A DNA stretch of 64,000 bases from contig CBDATS010000002.1 of assembly GCA_965200245.1 (NCBI GenBank), positions 270,986 through 334,985 on the forward strand, written 5' to 3'. The first letter of the stretch is position 1, and every line of letters begins with the position of its first letter. This DNA is from a bacterium (GTDB taxonomy: Bacteria; UBA8248). Shown here piece after piece: positions 51,094 through 60,663 of the stretch. The translations under genes were made by a program, and so were the position numbers. The notes under the pieces were generated by a model. That model was not told the origin of the DNA, searched no databases, and saw only the letters and a list, made by a program, of their open reading frames with translations.

Positions 51094-53838
51094 TTATCCT
51101 AAAGCATGGCCCGAAACGACCACCAGGCATTTTTTGCTCGGCTTCATAAAGTGACGAGCGGCTTCTTTGACCGAATCCATGTTCACCCGTTCAATTTGTC
51201 CTTTGGTTTCTTCAAGCGCCTCCCAACCCAATCCATGAGCGAACCTGCCCGCCAAGTCGGCCGATCGGGCAAATGCACGTTGATGACTGCGGGACAGTCC
51301 TCCAATGAGATAAGCCTTCGCCCGATGGAATTCCCCATCGTCCAGTCCTTTCGTGCTTACGCGGGCGATTTCCTGCCGCATCAGGTCGATAACGAGTTTC
51401 TCCTTGCCCGCAGGCGTGGCTGCATACATCGAAATGAGGCCCGGGTCCAATGATTCGTGAGAAGAAACACTCACGTCGTAGGCAAGACCACGCTTTTCTC
51501 TCAGTTCCAGGAACAATCCCCCACCCTGACTCCCCAGTGCAGCGGCGATAATTGCAAGCGCATGTCTTTCGGGACCCCAAAAAGTCGTTCCCAAAAACGA
51601 CATATGAACATGGCTTTGCGTCGCTCCATCGAGTACGTATGAACGAAACCGCCTTCTTGAGGGAATCCTGGGCGGAGCCGGCTTCAGAACAGGTGCTTGC
51701 CTGCGTGTGACTGCGGCCCAGGGTTTCAGTTTTTTGGGGAGGTTTTCTTCCAAAAACGAGATGTCAAAGTTGCCAGCCGCCGCGACCACGAGATTCGAAG
51801 GCAAGGCTCTTCTGCGCCACTCTCGTAACAAAACCTTCTGACCAAACAAACCCAGCGTCCTGGACGTTCCCAGAGGATGTCGGCCCAATGGATGCCTCCC
51901 GTACAACAGTTGATACCCTTTCAAACGGCACCATTGCCCCAGGTCATCCAGTTCGCTGTCGCGCTCCGCGTTAAGTTCCGCACGAACAAACTCGACATCA
52001 TCCTCATGAAAGGCAGGTCCAGATATTACTTCCACAAATCTTTCCAATATTTCGGGCAACACGACACTGAGTCCGGAAGCAGTCATTCCAAACGTATCCC
52101 TACCGGAAAATCCGTCGATTTCGGCACCCAAACCCTCCACTTCCTTGCTGAAGGCGTTTGATGCGCATTTTTCGGTTGCCATGGGCGCCACCGACATCAT
52201 CAGGGCATGCAGTCCTGCCTGTCGGGCGGATTCATTCCTTTGCCCTCCCAAGAATACGGCGCGCAGGCAGAAAACGCCCGGGCCACCATCAGGCAGCATG
52301 ACCAACCGTCCACCACCCGGCAGTTCCTTCTCTATGGGTTGATTGTTTGTTCCCGATCGTTCTGTTTCTTTTCGATGGCTCCTTTTTTGTGAAACGGAGC
52401 GGTTGCGCGATGCGGTTGATTTTTCCGTTACAGGCTGGTCTGAGTTCGCGTCGTTTCGGTCGTGCTCAAGATTGTTTTCAAATCCGCTCAAAATCGCTTT
52501 TCGAATCCTTCGCACACCGACCTGCGATGCTTCACCCTTTGGGAAAAATACGGCCGTTGTCGTTCGCGACGGCGCCAGGTATCGTCTCGCTACATCCGAA
52601 ATGTCATTCGCGTCTATTTCCATCACCATCTTCATGTACTTCAGATGGTAATTCGGATCTCCTGTTATCAATTCGGAATAGCCCGCTACACTGGCGCGTC
52701 CCGTCATTCTCTCACGTCGGAATTCCAGGCCCGCCATATAGTTCATACGCACCTTATCCAGTTCATCCGGGGTGATCGGCTTGTCCCCGATGATTTGCTT
52801 CGCCACCAAAAGGATTTGCTCAATCGCCTTCTCGACATTTTTCGGTGCCGCATAACCACCCAGAAATAACAGCCCCGGCCCGCTGGAAAGATAGCATTCG
52901 GTGGAAACACCGAACATCAGCGACGTATTTATGCAAAGATGCTCATAAAGGCGGGAACTTCCACCCGCACCGAGAACCATGCCCAGCACTTCGATCGCGG
53001 GAGTGTCCCGATGAGTCAATGGTGGAATCTGGAATGCAATCTCCAGGTGCGCCGTTCCCGAGCGACCGCGTTGCAAGATGACCCGCGGCCCTGCTTTCCG
53101 GGGAACTGGCCTGGGCACTTCAGGCATCTTCCTGCGACCGGGTTTCGGCCATTTTACGCGCAGTATTTTGTGTCTTTTTCTTAAAACAGATTTTACCCGC
53201 GAAATATCAAAGGCACCGGCAAACACCAAGACGGCGGATGAGGGTGCATAGTATTGCCTGTGATATTTCTTCAACTCTGACGCGCCTATGTTCTCTAAAG
53301 TCTTCTGCGTACCCAAAATGGCGCGGCCGTAAGGATGTCGGGAACCGTATGCCTCACGATACAGGTCATGCAAGAGTAACTGGTCGGGTTGTTCATATGC
53401 GCGATTCAACTCGGAGAGGATAACCCGTCTTTCCTGACGAACCTCGTTCTCCTCGAATCCTGGCCACCAAAGCGCATCAAGAAGCGCATCCAGACACCTT
53501 TCGAATTTATCCGGCATCGCAATCAAATCGTAATAGGTGGATTCATTCGTCGTATAGGCGTTGATGTCCCCTCCGGAAGATTCGGCCAGTGAGGCGAGTT
53601 CCCCGACTTCCAGATTTTCCGAACCCTTGAAAATCATGTGTTCCAGGAAATGGGAGATGCCTCCAAGCTGGTTCGTTTCCGTAAGACTGCCTACTCGGAA
53701 CCATGCCTGTGCGCTTACTGCAGGAGCGGTGGGATCAGGGAGGAAAAGACAGGTGGGACCACCCCTCATCCGGTAGACGAGAGGTTTTATATCTTCAGAG
53801 AACGCTTCGCTCACGTCGTTTGGAAATTTCCTGAACAT
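51094..53838 (-). CDS. M16 family (pitrilysin-like) zinc peptidase, fused two-module
   Basis: GISHFLEHMIFKGS (HxxEH), INAYT, HPYGRAILG, ELREKRGLAY. Confidence 0.92.
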   Translation of the reverse strand: MFRKFPNDVSEAFSEDIKPLVYRMRGGPTCLFLPDPTAPAVSAQAWFRVGSLTETNQLGGISHFLEHMIFKGSENLEVGELASLAESSGGDINAYTTNESTYYDLIAMPDKFERCLDALLDALWWPGFEENEVRQERRVILSELNRAYEQPDQLLLHDLYREAYGSRHPYGRAILGTQKTLENIGASELKKYHRQYYAPSSAVLVFAGAFDISRVKSVLRKRHKILRVKWPKPGRRKMPEVPRPVPRKAGPRVILQRGRSGTAHLEIAFQIPPLTHRDTPAIEVLGMVLGAGGSSRLYEHLCINTSLMFGVSTECYLSSGPGLLFLGGYAAPKNVEKAIEQILLVAKQIIGDKPITPDELDKVRMNYMAGLEFRRERMTGRASVAGYSELITGDPNYHLKYMKMVMEIDANDISDVARRYLAPSRTTTAVFFPKGEASQVGVRRIRKAILSGFENNLEHDRNDANSDQPVTEKSTASRNRSVSQKRSHRKETERSGTNNQPIEKELPGGGRLVMLPDGGPGVFCLRAVFLGGQRNESARQAGLHALMMSVAPMATEKCASNAFSKEVEGLGAEIDGFSGRDTFGMTASGLSVVLPEILERFVEVISGPAFHEDDVEFVRAELNAERDSELDDLGQWCRLKGYQLLYGRHPLGRHPLGTSRTLGLFGQKVLLREWRRRALPSNLVVAAAGNFDISFLEENLPKKLKPWAAVTRRQAPVLKPAPPRIPSRRRFRSYVLDGATQSHVHMSFLGTTFWGPERHALAIIAAALGSQGGGLFLELREKRGLAYDVSVSSHESLDPGLISMYAATPAGKEKLVIDLMRQEIARVSTKGLDDGEFHRAKAYLIGGLSRSHQRAFARSADLAGRFAHGLGWEALEETKGQIERVNMDSVKEAARHFMKPSKKCLVVVSGHALG

Positions 53839-54037
53839 TATCGAAACGGGTTCACCTCAGTACATGGCGAGCGATCCGCCTGCCTGGAACCAGCAAAACG
53901 CAAATCCCTTGACTTCTGGTGAACGGAGCGTATCATCCCCTGTGGGCAAAGTCATGCGGAAATGATGCCGAAAAACAGTGAAATCCCGCTCGGCAAATCC
54001 ATCAGAGGTTACCCATAATTCAAAAAAGAGGAAAATT

Positions 54038-54379
54038 GTGGAACACATCAAAAGACATGTTTTCGTCTGTATCAATCAACGCCCACCGACGCACCCGATG
54101 GGCTGTTGCCAGAGCAAGGGCAGCATCGAGGTCGCACAAGCAGTCACGGAGGCGATCGGTTCGGATGATGAACTCTCAGCCGATACAGCCATGGCGGGCG
54201 CGACTTGCCTCGGCCCGTGCACGATGGGCCCCACCCTGGTCGTCTATCCGGAGGGCGTCTGGTACACGGGAGTCAAGGTCGAGGATGTTCCCGAGCTCAT
54301 CGAGGAACACCTGAAAAACGGCCGCCCCGTCGAGCGTCTGCGCCTGAGACTTCCCGGAAATGTCGGAAACGACGAATAG
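54038..54379 (+). CDS. Thioredoxin-like [2Fe-2S] ferredoxin
   Basis: HVFVCINQR..GCC..CLGPCTMGPTLVVYPEGVWY..EHLKNGRPVERL. Confidence 0.9.
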   Translation: MEHIKRHVFVCINQRPPTHPMGCCQSKGSIEVAQAVTEAIGSDDELSADTAMAGATCLGPCTMGPTLVVYPEGVWYTGVKVEDVPELIEEHLKNGRPVERLRLRLPGNVGNDE

Positions 54380-54400
54380 TACAAACATGGAGATTGTTCG

Positions 54401-54673
54401 ATGAGCCGTGGTCTAGTGATGCATCCCAAAGATAACGTGGCCACGGTTCTGGAAGACATCTCCCCCGAGCAAAGCGTGGAAATCGAAGGCGGCGAGAAAA
54501 CTCTCACGATTTCCGCGACGGAAGTGATTCCTTTCGGGCACAAAATCGCGCTGCGCAAGATCCGCCCGAACGCCAATGTACTCAAATACGGCGAGATCAT
54601 CGGCACTGCCACACAGGAGATATCCACTGGCAGCCACGTTCACGTCCACAATATCAAGAGCACAAGGGGCTAG
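54401..54673 (+). CDS. UxaA-family SAF-domain subunit (SuyA-like)
   Basis: HPKDNVA, IPFGHKIAL, KYGEIIG, HVHVHN. Confidence 0.9.
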   Translation: MSRGLVMHPKDNVATVLEDISPEQSVEIEGGEKTLTISATEVIPFGHKIALRKIRPNANVLKYGEIIGTATQEISTGSHVHVHNIKSTRG

Positions 54674-54675
54674 GC

Positions 54676-55854
54676 ATGTCTCGGAAAAAAGGGACTCCTT
54701 TTTTCTGGGGATACAGGAGGCCAGAGGGTTCTCCAGGCGGCCGGAATCATCTCGCCATCGTCAGTGGCATGGACAATTCCAATCCCATCGTTCGCAGAAT
54801 CTGCTCGCTGGTCAGAAACGCCACTGCGGTCAACACCTCGTTCGGTCGCGCTCTGATGGGTGAAGATGAAGCGCAGCATTGGCGGGTGATGGGACATACT
54901 GCCGCTCATCCGAACGTAGGGGCTGCCATAATCGTGAGCCTCGAACCCAAAAGTGCCAACGCCATCGCTGAAATTGCCGCCAAGACTTCCCCGTGGATGC
55001 CGATAGAGGCCGTGAACATTCAGGAAATCGGGGGTACGCTCACCACCACCTCGTATGTCGTGGAACTCGCCACGAAACTTTCCGATCATCTCGCTTCCTC
55101 CAAGCGCGTCCGTTGTGAGTTGGGCGAACTCACCATCGGGGCTGAATGCGGAGGTTCGGATACGACCAGCGGTGTCATCTCGAACCCCGTGACAGGAATG
55201 GCCGCCGATAGGGTCGTGGAAGCGGGAGGATCGGTCATCTTTTCCGAAACGCTGGAAATCGTCGGAGCGGAGCACCTTCTCGCACGCCGGGCCGCGGACA
55301 GAAAAACAGCCCGGCGAATCATCGATTCCGCAAGGCGCGCCGTCGATTACGCCGAAAGCATCGGTGTCGATTTCATCGGTTCGAACCCGGCGCCTGACAA
55401 TATCCGAGGTGGCTTGTCCTCTATTGAGGAGAAAAGCCTGGGAGCCATCAAGAAAGCGGGAAGCCATCCCATTGTCGAGGTCATCGGCGTGGGAGAGCGC
55501 CCCTCGAAAACAGGCACAATTTTTGCCGATGCTCCCTGCGCGGGAGTTGAGAATATCTCTTCACTCGCGGCCAGCGGAGCACACGCAATCATTTTCTCGA
55601 CTGGAATCGGCAACCCTATTGGCCACCCCATCTCTCCCACCATCAAAGTGACAGGCAATCCCCGAACCGCGCGGAGGATGTCCGAGAATATCGACGTGGA
55701 CATCAGCGGCGTCATCGAAGGGACGATGCGCATCGCTGAAGCGACAGATCTGCTCGAAAAGGAACTGATGGCCGTGATGAGCGGAAAACTTACGACTTCG
55801 GAACTATTGGGAGAAACCGAACTCACGGTCAGCCGGGCCGCACTTAGCCTCTAA
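54676..55854 (+). CDS. UxaA/GarD-family dehydratase large subunit (SuyB-like)
   Basis: GYRRPEG, HPNVG, ECGGSD.TSG..SNP, NPAPDNIRGGLSSIEEKSLG, FSTGIG. Confidence 0.9.
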   Translation: MSRKKGTPFFWGYRRPEGSPGGRNHLAIVSGMDNSNPIVRRICSLVRNATAVNTSFGRALMGEDEAQHWRVMGHTAAHPNVGAAIIVSLEPKSANAIAEIAAKTSPWMPIEAVNIQEIGGTLTTTSYVVELATKLSDHLASSKRVRCELGELTIGAECGGSDTTSGVISNPVTGMAADRVVEAGGSVIFSETLEIVGAEHLLARRAADRKTARRIIDSARRAVDYAESIGVDFIGSNPAPDNIRGGLSSIEEKSLGAIKKAGSHPIVEVIGVGERPSKTGTIFADAPCAGVENISSLAASGAHAIIFSTGIGNPIGHPISPTIKVTGNPRTARRMSENIDVDISGVIEGTMRIAEATDLLEKELMAVMSGKLTTSELLGETELTVSRAALSL

Positions 55855-55947
55855 AACTACTTTATTGGCGAATTACACACGAGGAGTTGAGGTGCTTGAA
55901 TTGGTCCCAAAATAGTTAAGTGCGAGAATAAAGCGAAAACATAGGGG

Positions 55948-56781
55948 CTAAGAAAAACTCAACTCATCTAGGTCCTGATCATCTTCGCATGCATCTTCTT
56001 CATGCAATAAAAGGGTCATTCTGCGGCCGAAATCACTATTGAGAATCGATGAGTAATACAATTTTCCTATGCTAGCTGTTTCAGGAAACGACCAATCACT
56101 AAAGTCGCATGCATCCATGTTGGAGGGCAAAGGTGTAGTCCCACTGTTGTCTGGATCGGTATATAAATTACTTGGGAAATCTTGAGTTGGCAGGTATATT
56201 CTAAACGCATTTGATTTGATAGGGTTCCACATAATTCCTTGCATATGGATAATTAGGCAACATGACTCTTTAGATAGGGTGATCGTTCTTCTCGCCGCCG
56301 CTTCCAAAGAAACATCACATAATTTCCGTATCTTCTCTACTAGTTCCCATGACAGGCCGTTTTTATGAATGATTGGGGAAATAATAGAGGCTGGCATTAG
56401 AAGTGCTGAAGCAAACTCATTCGCTTCTTTCTCGAAGCTGTCGTTGCTGCCATTTCCAAATGTAATGTCTTCAGTAGTACACTGAAATTTGGACTTCCGG
56501 TTAGTTTGTATATGTAGATGAACATGCCCCAATTCGTGGGCAGCGGTAAATCGTTTTCGATGTCAATTGAGAATATTCGAGTTTACAAGAATCATCGCCC
56601 CATTGGAGTTTCCCATTGATATTCCGTGAAATTTATCTGAATCTATCGCCTTGTCTTCGATGGTAATTTGGTACTGCTTTGAAGACATTGCCTTGCAAAC
56701 TTTTTCTGGAATTACAGGAACTTTATCAAAACCCAAATCTTCCAGAAGTTGTTCGGCCTCAATTATCGACTCCTTTGGCAT
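55948..56781 (-). pseudogene. capP: CapP-like ImmA/IrrE metallopeptidase with in-frame TGA at 56563-56565
   Basis: ILVNSNILN*HRKRFTAAHELGH...EKEANEFASALLMP; the two ORFs are in frame. Confidence 0.82.
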
Positions 56782-57127
56782 TGTTTCGTTCCTTTAGGCT
56801 TCTAGCCAAGTCTAGAATTATTTTTTGATCGTCTTCACCCAGTTCATTTAAATCTCCGAATTGCCGAAAGAAAGCTTGAGCATGTTGATTTGCTTCTTCC
56901 TGTGTCGCCTCTCCAGTTAGCTCTGAAACTGACACCTTTAAAGCATCACTAATTTTCCTGATCACAACTAGCGAAGGAATACGAAGTCCTCTTTCGATCA
57001 TGCTGATAGCGGAAGCTGTGATGCTTGCTTTCTTGGCTAACTCTGATTGGCTCCAGCCACATTCCTCACGAAGTGTTTTTATTTTTTCAGAAATATACTT
57101 TTCGCTTTGTGGACTATGCCCCTTCAT
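56759..57127 (-). CDS. capH: XRE-family HTH regulator (CapH-like)
   Basis: KIKTLREECGWSQSELAKKASITASAISMIERG; divergent from CBASS, upstream of the IrrE-like gene. Confidence 0.82.
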   Translation of the reverse strand: MKGHSPQSEKYISEKIKTLREECGWSQSELAKKASITASAISMIERGLRIPSLVVIRKISDALKVSVSELTGEATQEEANQHAQAFFRQFGDLNELGEDDQKIILDLARSLKERNNAKGVDN

Positions 57128-57140
57128 GCAATCACCATTG

Positions 57141-57192
57141 TGAATATATTCATATGACAATTGTTGACAATCCCATGTGTGCAAATTATATT
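57141..57192 (+). promoter_or_regulatory. CBASS sigma70 promoter and palindromic operator candidate
   Basis: TTGACA(57164-69)-17 nt-TATATT(57187-92); perfect palindrome TGAATATATTCA at 57141-57152. Confidence 0.7.
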
Positions 57193-57229
57193 ACCACAGA
57201 AAGAATGGCAAGCATAACTTGGAGTGTCG

Positions 57230-58323
57230 ATGAACAGCAAAGAAATTTTTCGAGTACTAAGTATAGATGGTGGCATGCGCGGTTACTACAGTGCTGCGTA
57301 CCTTGACCGATTAAGTAATCTCGCAGTTCAACGCTTTGGTCACAAGGGAATTGACTTAGGAAAACAGTTTCAGATGATTGTGGGAACAAGCACAGGCGCG
57401 ATTGTCGGAGCTGGACTTTTAACTGGTATGCCAGCAAATCGAATCATGTCATTTTACTCTTCTTATGGAAAACAAATTTTTCCGCAACAGTTGCCTTCGA
57501 AGTGTCTAAGTTTTCTTTGGCATCGCCGAAAGAAACTTAACAAGCGAGGCGAAGCTGCATTGCGAAATGCACTTGTGGAAGCTTTTGGTGAAATGACGCT
57601 CGGCGAGGTATTTGAAAAGCGGAAGGTTCCCTTTGTTGTTCCAGCGGTCAATGCCACTACACATCGTGGTTGGGTTTTAAAACACCTCACAACCAAGACA
57701 CTAATCACAGAGATGATGATTATTCTTTGGTTGATGTTTGCTTAGCGAGTTCTGCAGCTCCAATTTACCGGTCTCTCGCGACTATCAAGCAACCAAGAAA
57801 ATCGACCACAAAAGATATCTTCGTGGATGGCGGCCTTTGGGCTAACAACCCTGTCCTCGTTGCCTTATCGGAGGCATTACGTTTAGTAGTGCCAAGTCAA
57901 AGTATTGAAATTTTTTGCTTGGGCACATCACCAGCAATAGCAGGTACAGCTTTGGATAGTAGTCGACCTCATTGGGGCTTGCTCGATTGGCGTTTCGGGG
58001 GGCGTGCTTTGGAGTTGGCACTTGATACCCAGAAAAGCATTTTTGACTATCTGGCAGAATGCTTCTCTGGGCATTTTAACAGGGCTGTGAGAATTATTCG
58101 TTTTCCTCAAAGGAAACCTTCAGCCTCTCAAGCAGATTTATTGGGTATAGATTGCTCTTCGATAGCATCTCTGGACCTGATGCGTCAGTTAGCTTCAGCC
58201 GCCGCGGATGACACTAACTCCCTCATGTCAAACGGTTCCGAAACAGGTCAAAGAATCGGGGCTTTATTAAAAAAACAGGAAAAAAGTACTTCTATCAAAC
58301 AAGATGGGGGCAAAAATGTTTGA
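57230..58323 (+). pseudogene. capV: CBASS patatin-like phospholipase effector, split by frameshift at 57675-57682
   Basis: RVLSIDGGMRG, GTSTG, then in the -1 frame KTPH, ASSAAP, DGGLWANNP. Confidence 0.85.
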
Positions 58324-59380
58324 TTGCAATTCAGACTTAATCTCTTTTCACAATAACGAAGTGACCTTGAACTCGACGCAACAGTCGGAAATGCGTGAGC
58401 GCCGCGAAGCTAATCGAACTCGGCTAAAAGAGGGTCTTGATGCCAATGAAGATCCTTCTCCAGATTCACATCAGGCGCAAGGATCATATGCTATGCACAC
58501 GATGGTTCAGGACGAAAACAATGACTACGACATTGACGATGGAGTTATTTTTCTCAAGCAAGACTTAGTCGGTAGCCAAGGAACTGACAAAACAGTATTG
58601 GATACCCGGAAAATGGTACGTTCCGCACTTGATGACGGCTCATTTGAAACAGCTCCAGAAGTGCTAAAAAATTGTGTGCGGGTAATATACAAAAAAGGCT
58701 ATCACGTAGATGTGCCTGTTTACCGGCAGTTGGATGATGATGACACACTCGAATTGGCCAGCAGTGACTGGAAAGGGAGCAGTCCGAGCGATGTTACAAA
58801 GTGGTACAACAAAGCAGTAATTGAAAAAAGCCCTGACACAGATAATGGCCGTCAGCTCCGGCGTATAACTCGATATATTAAAGCATACAAAAACAGCCGG
58901 CCGAGTTGGAAGACCAAGACGGCAAGTGGGTTTGTTATATCCGTTCTTGTTGTTGAGTGTTACACACCTGATGATCGGGATGATGTCTCGATTTACAAGA
59001 CCATGAAGAATATTCGTGATCGTCTAAATCTAAGTTTAGAAGTCTGCCATCCTGTTCGGAACGAGATGTTAACGAAAAGAGCAGATGATGCGCGAACCAA
59101 GCATTTGAGAGAGAAGCTTTCTAACGCGCTTGATGATCTTGGGGTGCTGTTCGACAGTGATTGTACTATGTTCACAGCTTTAAAGACTTGGAATAGCATT
59201 TTTAAACATCAGTTCTGGGTTGATCGAATAGACAAAGAAGAGTCGAAGCACCAAAAAACCGACCTTTTAAGAGGGGGTAATTCAGGTTTGGCTATTACGG
59301 CTGGCCTGAAATCTGCTATGGGTCCATCATATCCCCGTATCAAGCAAACAGAGAGTTACGGTGGCAAGAAGGAGGAGTAA
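58316..59380 (+). CDS. cGAS/DncV-like nucleotidyltransferase (CD-NTase)
   Basis: QGSYAMHTMVQ..DYDIDDG, CVRVIY..GYHVDVPVY, QLRRITRYIK; C-terminal YGG-KKEE. Confidence 0.9.
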   Translation: MFDCNSDLISFHNNEVTLNSTQQSEMRERREANRTRLKEGLDANEDPSPDSHQAQGSYAMHTMVQDENNDYDIDDGVIFLKQDLVGSQGTDKTVLDTRKMVRSALDDGSFETAPEVLKNCVRVIYKKGYHVDVPVYRQLDDDDTLELASSDWKGSSPSDVTKWYNKAVIEKSPDTDNGRQLRRITRYIKAYKNSRPSWKTKTASGFVISVLVVECYTPDDRDDVSIYKTMKNIRDRLNLSLEVCHPVRNEMLTKRADDARTKHLREKLSNALDDLGVLFDSDCTMFTALKTWNSIFKHQFWVDRIDKEESKHQKTDLLRGGNSGLAITAGLKSAMGPSYPRIKQTESYGGKKEE

Positions 59381-59813
59381 ACGGTCAAGGAGTCCATGGT
59401 ATGAAACTTATCGCGAAAAGTATATTTTCGAACGCCGCGCATCCGATGAATATTCCTCTCTCCGCGAAAAAAAATGCAAACGTGGACGTAAGCTATGGCT
59501 GCAATATCACGTCAATATATTCTTGCTGGATTATGACGTAACCAGGAGCGTAACAATTAAGCTGTTTAGTGACTCAAGCAAGCCCCCAGAAGTTACGTTC
59601 GATGGTCCTGAAGATTCCCCACATCGCTATAAAAATGGTCAACTTTGCATGTGGTATCCCAAAGCGGATAAGAGTGAACGCTGGATTTTTAGCGATGGGC
59701 TCCTTCATTTACTCGTCATGATAGAAGCACACTTGTTCCGAGAAGAGTGGTGGCGAGAAACTGGTGAATGGCTTGGCCCAGAAAAGGCTCATGGCAAGGA
59801 CATCGAGCAGTAA
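59361..59813 (+). CDS. CBASS stand-alone E2-like protein
   Basis: PPEV...SPHRYKNGQLCMWYP...W...EEWWRETGEWLGPEKAH (His and catalytic Cys pattern of prokaryotic E2); overlaps the CD-NTase stop. Confidence 0.75.
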   Translation: MARRRSKRSRSPWYETYREKYIFERRASDEYSSLREKKCKRGRKLWLQYHVNIFLLDYDVTRSVTIKLFSDSSKPPEVTFDGPEDSPHRYKNGQLCMWYPKADKSERWIFSDGLLHLLVMIEAHLFREEWWRETGEWLGPEKAHGKDIEQ

Positions 59814-59919
59814 CTCATCTATGACTATCTTAAGAACAGGGCCAAGGTATATACAGACGACTACATTCCCCCGTTTAGAGATACTTGGCCATTGCCATCA
59901 GCCTTTTTTGTCCTTCCAC

Positions 59920-60432
59920 TTAAAAACCCATTCCAACGATCAAGCGATTCCATGTATTGATGAGCGCGATAGCCCCGAGAAGTTCCACTATTTGCGCGTC
60001 AGAATAGTGCGCTTTCAGCGCTTCGAAAGTTTCATCCGAAACACTCACCCCCTGCGTGCTTTCCTCGCAAAGGCGCAAAGCCACTTTCTCCTTCTCATCA
60101 AAAATGTCGTTTGAGGAACCCTCCTGTGCGGCTTTCGCCTTCTCATCCCCCACCTTGTGCATCCGCGCCATGTTGGAGTGCATGTTGACGCAAAAATGAC
60201 ACCCGTTGAGCGCCGATGCGCGGATGTTCAAGATTTCCTTAAAGCCGATGTCGATCTCTCCCGGACCGTCCGCCACCGTTGTCAGGCTTAGCAAGGAGCG
60301 CAAAAAATCCGGTTTGTGGGCAAGGGCCTTCACGGGCGGAATCACTACTCCGAACTGCTTTTGCAGATTGTCCATGACACGCTTTGCAGACGCTTCGGCC
60401 TGCTCGGGTTCCAACAAGGAAATTCGTGGCAT
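59920..60432 (-). CDS. Carboxymuconolactone decarboxylase/AhpD family protein
   Basis: KEILNIRASALNGCHFCVNMH, YSDAQIVEL, NTWNR. Confidence 0.9.
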   Translation of the reverse strand: MPRISLLEPEQAEASAKRVMDNLQKQFGVVIPPVKALAHKPDFLRSLLSLTTVADGPGEIDIGFKEILNIRASALNGCHFCVNMHSNMARMHKVGDEKAKAAQEGSSNDIFDEKEKVALRLCEESTQGVSVSDETFEALKAHYSDAQIVELLGAIALINTWNRLIVGMGF

Positions 60433-60663
60433 TCCATGCTCCTTCGATAGATTCGAACGGGTAAATACATGCTCACCAGAGACTTTTTCTTCTGAGTGAT
60501 ACTTACGCCACCCAAAGGCTGTCGGTCAATGATACGCCAACCACCCCTTCTCCCGACATCGATGCGTATGGGCGCAAGCACAAAATATCTACTTTTGCTA
60601 AACTGTACTGGCAACATTTGTTCTCCGCTCTATGCGCTCCAAATGAACGGGTGGATGCTATCC

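Noticed and set aside
59920-60432. Additional selenoproteins among redox genes (AhpD-like, DsbA, ferredoxin)
   Set aside because: All have ordinary Cys codons and uninterrupted frames.
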